Shown here: one piece after another, positions 40,523 to 50,468 of the stretch
How positions within the stretch are numbered: the stretch's first letter is position 1
How the letters are laid out: the number at the start of each line of letters is the position of its first letter
Assembly: GCA_027622665.1 (NCBI GenBank)
Contig: JAQBYT010000012.1
Span: forward strand, 36,080-100,079
Length of the DNA stretch: 64,000 nt
Source of the DNA: Verrucomicrobiota bacterium
Lineage (GTDB): Bacteria; Verrucomicrobiota; Verrucomicrobiia; Opitutales; Seribacteraceae
Reading direction: 5' to 3'
The notes under the pieces: generated by a model
Seen by the model: the letters and a program-made list of their open reading frames with translations, nothing else
Databases searched by the model: none
Told to the model about the DNA's origin: nothing
Position numbers and translations under genes: made by a program

Positions 40523-43501
40523 ATGAAGCACGCTTTTTTCGCTCTTCTCTTCCTCGCAGGTCAACTTCACGCCGAAGACGCCACCAAAGCAGTGGTTGCG
40601 CCTAAACCGGAATCCAAGCCGTCGGCAACCGATGTCTCTGAAAAACCTAAACCTCCAGCCGACGTGGCCCCCGCCGCCAAGCCATCCCCAGCGAAAGAAC
40701 AACCGAAGCCAGTTGCACCTCCGACACCTACGCCCGAACCTCCCGTGGTTGTAGCTCCGCCTTCTCCTCCCCTACCGGTCGCACCCGATTTCCACAAGGA
40801 AGTCCGCGGCATTCTGGAAGTTTCCTGCATTCGTTGTCATGGTCCTGAGAAACAGAAGGGCGAATTACGACTCGATTCCATCGCCAACGCCATGAAAGAG
40901 GGAGAATCCGGTGCTGCTATTGTTTTAGGTGATACATCCAAAAGTCTTCTCGTTGAGCGAATCAACCTACCGGACGCAGACGAAGACGTGATGCCACCTA
41001 AATCACCCCACCTCACTTCAGCCGAAAAGGAAATACTGAATCGCTGGATCAAAACCGGAGCTAACTGGACTGATGGAGTCACACTTTCTTCCCTAACGCC
41101 TAAACAGCTCCTCACGCGCCAAGCCGCAGCAAAGAAGCCTATCGTCGAACTGTCCGTCTACCCTCCTCAAGTGAACTTGGAGACAAAGAAAGACTTCCAC
41201 AAGGTAGTGGTCGTCGCCAAATATGCCGATGATGTCACTCGCGACGTAACTTCGGAAGCTTCCTTCACCCTGAGTGGTCCCAAGGTCGCCTCTCTCACCG
41301 GACAAACGCTAAAGCCGCTGACCGACGGCAATGCCACCTTAGTCGTTACGCACCGCGACAAGAGAATTGAAGTTCCCCTGCGAGTCAAGGGAGCGAGCGC
41401 TTCCCGCCAGGTTAGCTTCAGACTAGACGTCATGCCTGTCTTCATGCGGGCCGGTTGTAACACCGGATCCTGTCATGGGTCGGCTCGAGGTCAGGATGGG
41501 TTTATGCTTTCCCTCTTCGGTTACGACCCCGAGGGTGATCACTACAGGATTACTCGTGAATTGGGAACCCGGCGCGTAAACCTTGCCATACCAGAAGCTA
41601 GCATGCTGGTGGAAAAACCGATTGAAGCCGTCCCGCACACTGGAGGGAAATGTTTCGAAAAGGATAGTGGCCACTGGAACACATTGGTCCAGTGGCTTCG
41701 AGACGGCGCACTCAACGACCCCAAGGACATCGCCAAGCCCATAAGCGTTGAAATTCTCCCAAAAAACGGATTAATGGAAGGTGCGGGGGCGACTCAGAGG
41801 ATGACTGTCATCGCCCGCTACTCTGATGGCACCGATCGGGACATCACTCCCCTCACAGTCTTTCAATCGAACAATGAATTATCCGCTGCCATCGACGAAC
41901 ATGGCTTGGTTACAGCAGGGAAACGAGGCGAGGCTTTTATTACAGCCCGCTTCAACGTCTTCACCGTCGGGGCCCAATTCGTAGTCATTCCCGACAACCT
42001 GAAATACGAACGCCCGAAACTGGCGGAAAACAACTATGTAGACAAACTAGTCCACGACAAGTTGCATAAGCTTCGCATAGAACCTTCCGCGCTATGCTCC
42101 GACGAGGTGTTCCTTCGACGGGTTTCACTGGACGTAACGGGCAGCTTGCCATCTACCGAAACTTACAAGAAGTTCATGGACGACAAGTCGCCAGAGAAAA
42201 GGGCAAAACTTGTAGACGAGTTTCTGGAACGCAAAGATTTCACCGAAATGTGGGTCATGAAGTTTGCCGAATTGCTCCAGATTCGCACGGACGACAACAA
42301 CGGAATGAGCTACAAGTCGACACTGCTCTATTTCAACTGGCTGAAGGATCGCATCGCCAACAATGTGCCGATGAACCAAATCGTACGTGAACTACTTTCT
42401 GCCACAGGAGGCACTTTCGTAAACCCATCCACGAATTTTTACCAAATCGAACGCGATACCCTGAAAATGTCGGAAAACGTGGCTCAAGTCTTCATGGGCA
42501 TGCGCATCCAGTGCGCTCAATGTCACAACCACCCCTTCGACCGCTGGACACAGAACGATTATTATTCTTTCGCATCGTTCTTTTCCCAAGTAGGTCGCAA
42601 GCAAGCCGCCGACCCTCGCGAGTCGATCATTTATAATCGTCGAAGCGGCGAAACAAACCACCCCGTCCTCAAGAAACCAATGCCGCCGAAGTTTCTTGGC
42701 GGAAAAACACCTGAAATTAAATCCGGACAGGATCGCCGAGTGATCCTGTCCGAGTGGATCGCCTCACCGGAAAATCCCTTTTTCGCACGCAATCTAGCAA
42801 ACCTAGTTTGGGCTCACTTCTTCGGACAAGGCATCATTGATCCGGTCGATGACGTTCGAGTGACAAATCCTGCATCCAATCCCGAACTGCTCGATGAACT
42901 TTCAAGACGTTTCACTGAATACAATTACGATTTCAAGAAACTGGTACGGGATGTCTGTAATTCTCGAACCTACCAACTGTCTTCACAATCGAATGAGACG
43001 AATGAAGGCGATACCCGCAATTTCGCTCGAGCAAAGCTACGGCGCATGCGTGCAGAAATCCTCTTGGACGCAATCTCGGAAGTCACCAATACCAAGAACA
43101 AGTTCCAAGGACTACCCCTTGGTGCCCGGGCTGTGCAAATTGCCGATGGACGCGTATCCAACTACTTCCTGACCACCTTCGGTCGGGCAACCCGCGAAAC
43201 CGTCTGCTCCTGCGAAGTGAAGATGGAACCGAACCTGTCGCAAGCCCTCCACCTCCTGAATGGCGATGTCGCCAATAAACGAATCGTACAGGGGAACATC
43301 GTTAAGACGATGATGGACAAGGGAACGAATCCAAAGGAAATACTTGAGGATCTTTATGTTCGTTGCCTCTCCCGAATGCCTAGAGAATCGGAAAGCGCCA
43401 ATTTGCTGGCAGCGATCAACGGTGACGAAGATAAGAAATCAGCCCTCGAAGACGCTTTTTGGGCTCTGCTCAATTCGAAGGAATTCATCTTCAACCATTA
43501 G
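40523..43501 (+). CDS. Planctomycete cytochrome c + Ig-like + DUF1549/DUF1553 protein
   Basis: Pro-rich linker, CIRCHG (PSCyt1-like), GCNTGSCHG, Ig-like repeats (YADDVTRDVT / YSDGTDRDIT), FLRRVSLD..G.LP, CAQCHNHPFDRW, NPFFARN, CSCE, WALLNSKEFIFNH. Confidence 0.92.
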   Translation: MKHAFFALLFLAGQLHAEDATKAVVAPKPESKPSATDVSEKPKPPADVAPAAKPSPAKEQPKPVAPPTPTPEPPVVVAPPSPPLPVAPDFHKEVRGILEVSCIRCHGPEKQKGELRLDSIANAMKEGESGAAIVLGDTSKSLLVERINLPDADEDVMPPKSPHLTSAEKEILNRWIKTGANWTDGVTLSSLTPKQLLTRQAAAKKPIVELSVYPPQVNLETKKDFHKVVVVAKYADDVTRDVTSEASFTLSGPKVASLTGQTLKPLTDGNATLVVTHRDKRIEVPLRVKGASASRQVSFRLDVMPVFMRAGCNTGSCHGSARGQDGFMLSLFGYDPEGDHYRITRELGTRRVNLAIPEASMLVEKPIEAVPHTGGKCFEKDSGHWNTLVQWLRDGALNDPKDIAKPISVEILPKNGLMEGAGATQRMTVIARYSDGTDRDITPLTVFQSNNELSAAIDEHGLVTAGKRGEAFITARFNVFTVGAQFVVIPDNLKYERPKLAENNYVDKLVHDKLHKLRIEPSALCSDEVFLRRVSLDVTGSLPSTETYKKFMDDKSPEKRAKLVDEFLERKDFTEMWVMKFAELLQIRTDDNNGMSYKSTLLYFNWLKDRIANNVPMNQIVRELLSATGGTFVNPSTNFYQIERDTLKMSENVAQVFMGMRIQCAQCHNHPFDRWTQNDYYSFASFFSQVGRKQAADPRESIIYNRRSGETNHPVLKKPMPPKFLGGKTPEIKSGQDRRVILSEWIASPENPFFARNLANLVWAHFFGQGIIDPVDDVRVTNPASNPELLDELSRRFTEYNYDFKKLVRDVCNSRTYQLSSQSNETNEGDTRNFARAKLRRMRAEILLDAISEVTNTKNKFQGLPLGARAVQIADGRVSNYFLTTFGRATRETVCSCEVKMEPNLSQALHLLNGDVANKRIVQGNIVKTMMDKGTNPKEILEDLYVRCLSRMPRESESANLLAAINGDEDKKSALEDAFWALLNSKEFIFNH

Positions 43502-43580
43502 TCTTTGGACTTTAGCGTTAATATTTCGGGCTTAGACAGAAGCCGCTTAAAAGAACTCGTAAAATGTAAAGCCTTTAGGA

Positions 43581-46484
43581 ATGAACTATAAATTTATTGC
43601 TACCGTCAGTCTGTCCTTTTCAGCTTTTTTTCAAGGAGTTTACGGCACCCCTGAAAAACCGAATTTCCAAGATGACATCTACCCCCTCTTCGAACAGTCC
43701 TGCAATTCCTGCCACAACCCCGACAAGGCTAAAGGCGGTCTAGATCTAACCAGTATGCCTGGCATTTTGTCGGGCGGAAGTAGTGGGGATTCCGTAGTGC
43801 CCGGTGACGGAGCAAACAGCTATCTTTACAAACTCGTGGCTCGTTTGGAAAAACCATACATGCCCCGTGAGAAGGAAAAGTTGCCGCAACCACAAATAGA
43901 CACCATCAAAAAGTGGATCGACCTCGGTCTCTTGCCCACGGCTACCGGCAAAGCTATCAAGAGGAAGAAATCTACGCTCAATCTTGCACTCGGCGAAGTA
44001 CCCACCGGAAAACCGGACGGACCACCACCCATGCCCCTGCACCTTTCTCTTGAGCCCGCCGTAACCACCCCTCGTCCCGCGGCAATTTCGGCTATGGCAA
44101 CCAACCCGTGGTCGCCTCTCGTCGCCCTTTCCGGACAAAAGCAAGTCATCCTGTACCACAGCGACTCACGAGAAATGCTGGGCATTCTCCCCTACCCCGA
44201 AGGTTTCGTCGAGTCCCTCGTATTCAGCCGAAACGGATTGTTATTGCTCGCCGGGGGTGGGCAAGGTGGAAAATCCGGACGAATGGTTGCATGGGACGTA
44301 AAAACAGGGCAACGCCTCCTCGCCTTGGGCGAGGAATACGACACCATTCTCGCCTCGGACGTATCCGCTGACCAATCGCTCATCGCCCTTGGCGGACCCG
44401 CCAAAAGAGTAAAGGTCTACGATTTGGCCTCCGGCGAAATTCTTCACAACCTAAAGAAGCACTCCGAATGGGTAACGGCCTTGTCCTTCAGTCCGGACGG
44501 GGTGCTCCTCGCAACCGGAGATCGCAATGGCGGACTACACGTATGGGAGGCCCAAAGCGGCAACCTCTTCTACACTCTGGATGGTCACAAGAAAGCCATT
44601 ACCGGACTCTCTTGGCGAGCCGACTCGAACCTACTGGCATCGGCTTCGGAGGAAGGAAGTATTCGCACTTGGGAAATGTTCAACGGCAAACAAGTCCTTA
44701 CTTGGGCGGCTCATGGAGGAGGAGTCCTATCCGTCGACTTCGATAAGAAAGGAAACCTAGTCACTGCCGGTCGAGACAAGACCGTAAAACTCTGGAACCC
44801 AAGCGGCGCTGCCATTCGGACCATCTCCGGCTTCCCCGAAATGGTCATGGAAGCTCGCTATTCCCACGATGGATCGCGCATCATTGCCGGAGACTGGACT
44901 GGCGCCGTTTCCGTCTGGAACGCAGCAGACGGTAAAAAACAAGGCGACCTCTCGGCAAGCCCTCCCACGATTGCATCACGTATCGCCTCCGCCCTCAAGC
45001 TGGTAGACGAACGCAATGCCGCCACCGCCACAGCAAAAGCCAAGCACGCTCCCCTCGCCCAAGCTCTCGCCGCCGCGAACGCAAAATTAGCCGCCGCGAA
45101 GAAAACAGTTGCTAGCGCAGCAGCCGCTCATAAAGCAGCGGAAACCAAATTGACCGCTGCAAAAGCTGCTCTAGCTCAAGCTACTTCAGCACGCGATAAA
45201 GCCAAAACGGACAAGGATATCCGGCAAGCTAATCGCGACAAAACCGCCAAGCAACTCGCCGATGCTCAAGCCGCTCAAAAGGCCCACAAGACTCAAGGCG
45301 ACGACTGGGCCAAGAGAAGCAATTTTCGCTCCGAGCAAGTCAGCCTTCTTCGAGAAACCCATCGAAAGGCCAAGGAAGCCCTCGCGGGCATACCCGAAGA
45401 CATTAGCCTAAGTAACGCAGTGGCAAAGCAAGAGCAAGCTCTGGAGGCGATGGATAACGCATTCGTCCAAGCTCGGGATAAAACTGCTGATCACTTGGCC
45501 AATGCCGAAACCTTCGCAAAACAGGCCACCGCTCACGCACCGGCTCTCACTGCCGCCCAAAACGCCCTCCAGGCTGCCGAAACGGCTCTTGCCACTCATG
45601 AAAAAACCCGCATCGAGAAAGACTCGGCAATAAAGGCTGCAGCAGCCGATCAAACCGCCAAGCTTGCAGCCAATAAGGCAGCCGATTCAGCCTTTGCTCA
45701 ACAAACCAAGGAACAGGCGACGGCAGCGGAAACCGAAAAGGCCCCGGCCCAAAACCTGCGAGATGCGGAAGCCGTTCTAGCTTCCGCAGTCAACTCGGCA
45801 AGCAAGTGGAAGGCAGAAACCATAAACGTCGAACGGCATCTTGAACTTGGTAAACTCGACGATCTTCAAAACGAGCTCAACGGCTTAGCCGCAATCGCAG
45901 CAGAGGCACAGTCTTTTCACGCCGCCGCGCTGGCATCTCTGGAGGCAGCCCGAAAGGCTCTCGTCGAAGTTCCCGTCAAGATCAAGGCAAAGGAACAAAT
46001 CTTGGCAAAGCAACAATCGACCATGGAAACCGAAATCAAAAACCTCGACAAAGCCCGCAAAGATTCGACCGAAAAAGAAGGTTTCCTGAATCAGGTACAA
46101 ACCCTCGCTACCGCCACAAAGGCAAAAGCCGCCGCTGAAGCCGCTAATGCGGAACTCGCAGCAGCCAATGCAAAGTTCGGCGAAGCCCTCGCCCTGCTTC
46201 GTAAAGACCTCACCAATTCCAATTCGGCAACTACCTCACAAGAAAGCAAACTCAAGGGAGCCCAAACAACTGTCATCCAAGCCGAAGCCGATTTGGAACA
46301 GATTAAAAAACTTACCCAAGATGCACCCAGGGTGGTCGAGGAGAAACTTAAGGTCAGCAAACAAACAGAAGCTAAGCTCGGAGAAACCACTGGCGTGCTA
46401 GACACCTTTAAAGTTCAAGTTACAGCTCAACAGTCCAAAGCCGATTCCCTTTTCAAGAAGTACCTCGAATCTCTGCCGAAGTAA
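43581..46484 (+). CDS. Planctomycete cytochrome c + WD40 propeller + long Ala/Lys-rich coiled-coil protein
   Basis: CNSCHNPDKAKGGLDL...MP...KWI; WD40 repeats (HSEWVTALSFSPDG, GHKKAITGLSW, AGRDKTVKLW); ~500-aa heptad-like tail. Confidence 0.9.
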   Translation: MNYKFIATVSLSFSAFFQGVYGTPEKPNFQDDIYPLFEQSCNSCHNPDKAKGGLDLTSMPGILSGGSSGDSVVPGDGANSYLYKLVARLEKPYMPREKEKLPQPQIDTIKKWIDLGLLPTATGKAIKRKKSTLNLALGEVPTGKPDGPPPMPLHLSLEPAVTTPRPAAISAMATNPWSPLVALSGQKQVILYHSDSREMLGILPYPEGFVESLVFSRNGLLLLAGGGQGGKSGRMVAWDVKTGQRLLALGEEYDTILASDVSADQSLIALGGPAKRVKVYDLASGEILHNLKKHSEWVTALSFSPDGVLLATGDRNGGLHVWEAQSGNLFYTLDGHKKAITGLSWRADSNLLASASEEGSIRTWEMFNGKQVLTWAAHGGGVLSVDFDKKGNLVTAGRDKTVKLWNPSGAAIRTISGFPEMVMEARYSHDGSRIIAGDWTGAVSVWNAADGKKQGDLSASPPTIASRIASALKLVDERNAATATAKAKHAPLAQALAAANAKLAAAKKTVASAAAAHKAAETKLTAAKAALAQATSARDKAKTDKDIRQANRDKTAKQLADAQAAQKAHKTQGDDWAKRSNFRSEQVSLLRETHRKAKEALAGIPEDISLSNAVAKQEQALEAMDNAFVQARDKTADHLANAETFAKQATAHAPALTAAQNALQAAETALATHEKTRIEKDSAIKAAAADQTAKLAANKAADSAFAQQTKEQATAAETEKAPAQNLRDAEAVLASAVNSASKWKAETINVERHLELGKLDDLQNELNGLAAIAAEAQSFHAAALASLEAARKALVEVPVKIKAKEQILAKQQSTMETEIKNLDKARKDSTEKEGFLNQVQTLATATKAKAAAEAANAELAAANAKFGEALALLRKDLTNSNSATTSQESKLKGAQTTVIQAEADLEQIKKLTQDAPRVVEEKLKVSKQTEAKLGETTGVLDTFKVQVTAQQSKADSLFKKYLESLPK

Positions 46485-46538
46485 AACAGTCGCACTGCTT
46501 AGCTTTCTGAAAATCCGAGGGAGCTTACCTAGCAACAG

Positions 46539-48479
46539 CTATCCGCCGAGCTTGGCTTCGAGCTTTTTCATTTCTCGGCCAATGATACTGTCGGGACCGA
46601 GATCCAGGACATCTCGCTTCTTGAGATAGTCTATGGCGTTGCGGGCCTGGTCTCTCTGCCTCGCTCCTGCAAGGGTTTCGACATATGGTCGAACGAGCTT
46701 GTAGAAGAGTTCGCCGCCAGCGGTTTTTTCGAAGTCTCGAACAAAACGCTCATACTGTTTCTCAGCTCCCGCCCAATCCTTCGCCTCTACCAGTTTCATA
46801 AGCTGTTCGGTGGCAGCCTGAATGGCGAGGTCGAAACGCTTGCCTCGATTCTGGCTCACAATCAAAGCACGAATTTTTGCCGCCTGTCGCGGATTCCCCA
46901 TTGCGTCATAGGCATCAGCCAGTTTTTTCTGACCCTCGATCTTCAAGTCCACGGTATTCCCGAAAGCGTTTACCCACGCATCCCAGAAGTTACGTAATTC
47001 GCGAGGATCCTTTATATGGTCCTCCACCCATTCCGCTTCCAAAGTCCATACATCGACAAAACCGGGGTGAAGGGTACGAGCGCGCTGAAGGGATTCACGG
47101 AAAAACGGTTGATCGGGATTGGCCAAGGCCCATTCGAAGTAATCGACCGACTTCCCTCTAAAACCAGTAAGGTTTTTCTCCCCTCGAGCGAGAGCTCCCA
47201 ACTCGTCGTCCGTTATTTTTTTCCACAACTGGGGATCGATTGCATTGCCTACCGGGTAGTTCTGGTTTTCATAACGGCCACAATCGGTTTCCCAACGCCC
47301 GGGCCCCTTGAGGAAGCCGAACCAAGCGTGACCACCGCCACTACCCTGCCCAACGAAAGTCAACGTGGGAATGCCCTTGGCCTTGCCACTCATAGAACTG
47401 AAATAGGCTTGGTCGACGCAAATGCCTCCCCGTTCACTAATGGAAGCAAGCGTGTAGGGACCGTTTGGCCAACTGAACACGCCCGCAGATAGGCGACGCT
47501 TATCATACTGAATCGACTTGAAAGCCTTATCGAAGGTGGAACGCCGCAGCTTTACGTTTAGGCGAGCCCACTCCAGTTCGCTCTTCGGAAGCAAGTGGTC
47601 TACTACGAACTTCAATTCGGAAACCTGAAGCTGAGCAGGATCGTATTCCAGCTTGTGCGATTGGGCGGCGGCAACAAATTCGGCAAAACGAGAGGAGACC
47701 TTAGCCGAATCAACGGGGACATCTTTGTCGGGAACTTGGTGATGAGGCCAATCACGAGGGAATGGCTGATCGAAAACAACCGCATAAGCCGATGCCAAGG
47801 CCGTATAACCTCCAATAAGAGTGGGATGACCAGCCCCAATGGACAGGAAAAGCTCAAGGGCTTTCGGCTGGTTGTCCGCGGGGTGGAGAGCCTTGAGAAA
47901 AACATCCCTAACCACCTCGTTTTTGCCTATGGAGACAAAGGTAGTCTGGACATTGGAATCAGCTTGCAACAGTCGGCTCTTGGAAAAAATGCTTAGCCAA
48001 CGCCAATGGCTAAACCAAGTGAAGAAGTCTCGACCCTCGCGGGCGGAACGTTCCTGGCGATTACCCCATATGGTCTGCAGTTCCTTCAAGATTATCGGAG
48101 CTTGTTCCTCCCATGCTTGCGGGGTCGAATATCGCTGCCACCACGCATCGCGAACTGCCGGGCTCCATATCGGCAGGCTTGCCCCGCGGCCGGCACGGGG
48201 CGAAACAGGCGAGCTCGGACGAGTCAAACGACCTGCCACCTGCCTTACGTAAGCTTGGTCGACGGAGGACAACAAGTTCAGCGGGAAAACAAACTTCTGC
48301 TTGTCACTTCGTTCTATGGTGACTTTTTCACCATCAAACCCAAGCATTCGGGCCTGCAGTTTAGCTCCATTGGCACTAGTCCAAGTTCTGTACTGTTGCT
48401 GCGCCGACAACAGTCCCGCACAAAAAAGAAAAACGGCAAGAGTTAAAAAAGATCGAAAGAAAAAGAAGGGTGCTCGCAT
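46539..48479 (-). CDS. Exported SHD1-domain protein with a transglutaminase-like Cys-His core
   Basis: YRTWTSANG...LS..DQAYV (SHD1-like); GGICVDQAYF...KAKGIP...GGHAWFG...WETD; start taken at MRAPFF. Confidence 0.7.
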   Translation of the reverse strand: MRAPFFFFRSFLTLAVFLFCAGLLSAQQQYRTWTSANGAKLQARMLGFDGEKVTIERSDKQKFVFPLNLLSSVDQAYVRQVAGRLTRPSSPVSPRAGRGASLPIWSPAVRDAWWQRYSTPQAWEEQAPIILKELQTIWGNRQERSAREGRDFFTWFSHWRWLSIFSKSRLLQADSNVQTTFVSIGKNEVVRDVFLKALHPADNQPKALELFLSIGAGHPTLIGGYTALASAYAVVFDQPFPRDWPHHQVPDKDVPVDSAKVSSRFAEFVAAAQSHKLEYDPAQLQVSELKFVVDHLLPKSELEWARLNVKLRRSTFDKAFKSIQYDKRRLSAGVFSWPNGPYTLASISERGGICVDQAYFSSMSGKAKGIPTLTFVGQGSGGGHAWFGFLKGPGRWETDCGRYENQNYPVGNAIDPQLWKKITDDELGALARGEKNLTGFRGKSVDYFEWALANPDQPFFRESLQRARTLHPGFVDVWTLEAEWVEDHIKDPRELRNFWDAWVNAFGNTVDLKIEGQKKLADAYDAMGNPRQAAKIRALIVSQNRGKRFDLAIQAATEQLMKLVEAKDWAGAEKQYERFVRDFEKTAGGELFYKLVRPYVETLAGARQRDQARNAIDYLKKRDVLDLGPDSIIGREMKKLEAKLGG

Positions 48480-48656
48480 GTTATTCAAAGGGAACACTCT
48501 ACGCGCTGGTTCATTATTATTCATTTTTGCAAAACTGTGCTTGGGTAACAGAAATGTATTTTAGCAAAATACATATACAAGCGCTATTATAATAATCCAA
48601 GTATGTTGTAATCAGCTGATATCTTCTACCGGAGAACGGGGTAACGCGTCATCCGA

Positions 48657-50435
48657 CTACAAGGTTCTCAGGTAAGCAACCAGTCCTGCAAGTTGACGAG
48701 AGGTGAGACCGCCGCCATCGGGATGACCGGCGGAATCGAGAACTTCCACAAGAGATCCGGCAGAACCGTCGTGAAAGAAGTGGTCACGCTGACTTACGCC
48801 GTGCAAGGTAGGTGGATTGAACTTCCTTTGCCCCGACTCGTCTTCAAGCCCCACGTCGTATTCGTCGGGTGAAGTGAGCAAGGGCGCTCGATGGCATTCG
48901 TTGCAACCTAGCTTGGTGAAAAGGAGTTTCCCTCGCAATGCGTTCGGGTTGTGAGGTTCCTCACGAGCCTCGGAAAGCGGTGGGGGCAGCGGTAATGTAA
49001 AAAGATAAGCAACGAGGGCTTCCTCATCCAAATGAGTAGCCAAACCCACCTTCCGGTCGCCATTACGCAAGGTGGTGGCTAAGCTTTGACGAACTTGGGT
49101 AGTGAGTGAACCTTGGAGACCGCTCCATGTCCAGGGGCCCGTCTCCGCGGTGCCGAGCAGAGAAGGGATACGTTTGGGTGTGCCAAAGGAATGATCGTCA
49201 AAATTGTCGTTGAGTTGACCGCTGGTGTGTCCACCGGTGTGGCAACTGTTACAACTGTACCAGCCGTCGAGGGAAAGGTTTGAATCGTAGAAGAGCGCTT
49301 CGCCCCGTTGGAGCAGACCGGGTTCAGGGGTAGGACCGAGGGAAACGGAACCGACGAGAGATCGCTTCTCGACGTCAATGATCCGGATAGCCTCGCCATA
49401 TGGATCGGCAAAATAAGCAAGTTTTTCATCGAGACTGAGAACCCCCGACGTCATTCGACTGCCAACTGGAAATCGGGTCCAAGCTGCGTCCAGCGATGTT
49501 CCTATCCCGATTTCGCCGTTGCCGCGAATCGCGAGAATGATAACGCCGGCTTTAGTAAATAGAATTGTGCCGGGTTCACCCGCGCCCTTTCCGTTAGTGC
49601 CAACGGGATAAAAAGTACGGCGGAAGAAAGGACTTTCCCTTTTACGCGAGCCATCAAACAGTTCATCGAATTTCACGCCCGTTAGACCGTTTTTCATGAC
49701 GGTTCCCCAAAACACGCGAGGCTTCAAGGTGGGGGCGAAAGGATTAAGGATTTGATGAGAAAACAAAAGCTGTTCCCCCTTTGGCCCTTTGGATATTCCT
49801 CCGACGTTATGACCGGGTAACCTGCGAGTACCGAGCAAGCGTAAATCCGGCAGACTCAGTATGGCGACTTTGTCGGCGAAAGCGTCGCAAACGACCAATC
49901 TTTCCCCCGCGTCGTCCATCCACTGCAGACGAGGAGGAAAAGGTAGATCGGCAACACGCTCCCGCCGCAGGGTTCGACGATCCGGATCAAAGCGGAAGAG
50001 GCTCACCCGTCGAGACCACAGAGACGTCACGGTCATAAAAGCCCCCGACTTTGCCACCTCGACGCCAACCGGTGAATGTGGAGCAGGAACTCGCCGACGG
50101 ACGATGAGTTGACCTGCGCTGCCTTTGGTTTCGAGCAAGATGAGTTCGCTCGCTTCCTCATCCGTAGCAACCAAGTACGGTCCTCCCGGGATAGCCCTTA
50201 GATCGCTCACCCCAAGCCCGACCTCTCTTTCGAAAATTACTTCGCGTTGGGAAAGATTGATTAGGGAAACGGATCCGGAATCGCGGTTGCCGACGGCAAG
50301 CATTCCGTTTTCCGTCAAGGCAAGAGCGACAGGTCTACGAAACTTCTTATCCGGTTCATAGGCATGTAAAGACATACCGCCGATACTCAAAAGCAAAGCT
50401 AGGAGCGAGGGGAGCCTTTTCACCGTCAGATTCAC
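48657..50435 (-). CDS. YVTN-like beta-propeller fused to a di-heme cytochrome c peroxidase-like domain
   Basis: Propeller repeats; GEALFYD..LS...SCNSCH, KRIPSLLG..ETGPWTWSG, GCNECH, PTLHGV...FFHDG. Confidence 0.85.
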   Translation of the reverse strand: MNLTVKRLPSLLALLLSIGGMSLHAYEPDKKFRRPVALALTENGMLAVGNRDSGSVSLINLSQREVIFEREVGLGVSDLRAIPGGPYLVATDEEASELILLETKGSAGQLIVRRRVPAPHSPVGVEVAKSGAFMTVTSLWSRRVSLFRFDPDRRTLRRERVADLPFPPRLQWMDDAGERLVVCDAFADKVAILSLPDLRLLGTRRLPGHNVGGISKGPKGEQLLFSHQILNPFAPTLKPRVFWGTVMKNGLTGVKFDELFDGSRKRESPFFRRTFYPVGTNGKGAGEPGTILFTKAGVIILAIRGNGEIGIGTSLDAAWTRFPVGSRMTSGVLSLDEKLAYFADPYGEAIRIIDVEKRSLVGSVSLGPTPEPGLLQRGEALFYDSNLSLDGWYSCNSCHTGGHTSGQLNDNFDDHSFGTPKRIPSLLGTAETGPWTWSGLQGSLTTQVRQSLATTLRNGDRKVGLATHLDEEALVAYLFTLPLPPPLSEAREEPHNPNALRGKLLFTKLGCNECHRAPLLTSPDEYDVGLEDESGQRKFNPPTLHGVSQRDHFFHDGSAGSLVEVLDSAGHPDGGGLTSRQLAGLVAYLRTL

Positions 50436-50468
50436 CCGAACGGTTAATCAACCGAAGTACGACGGTCC

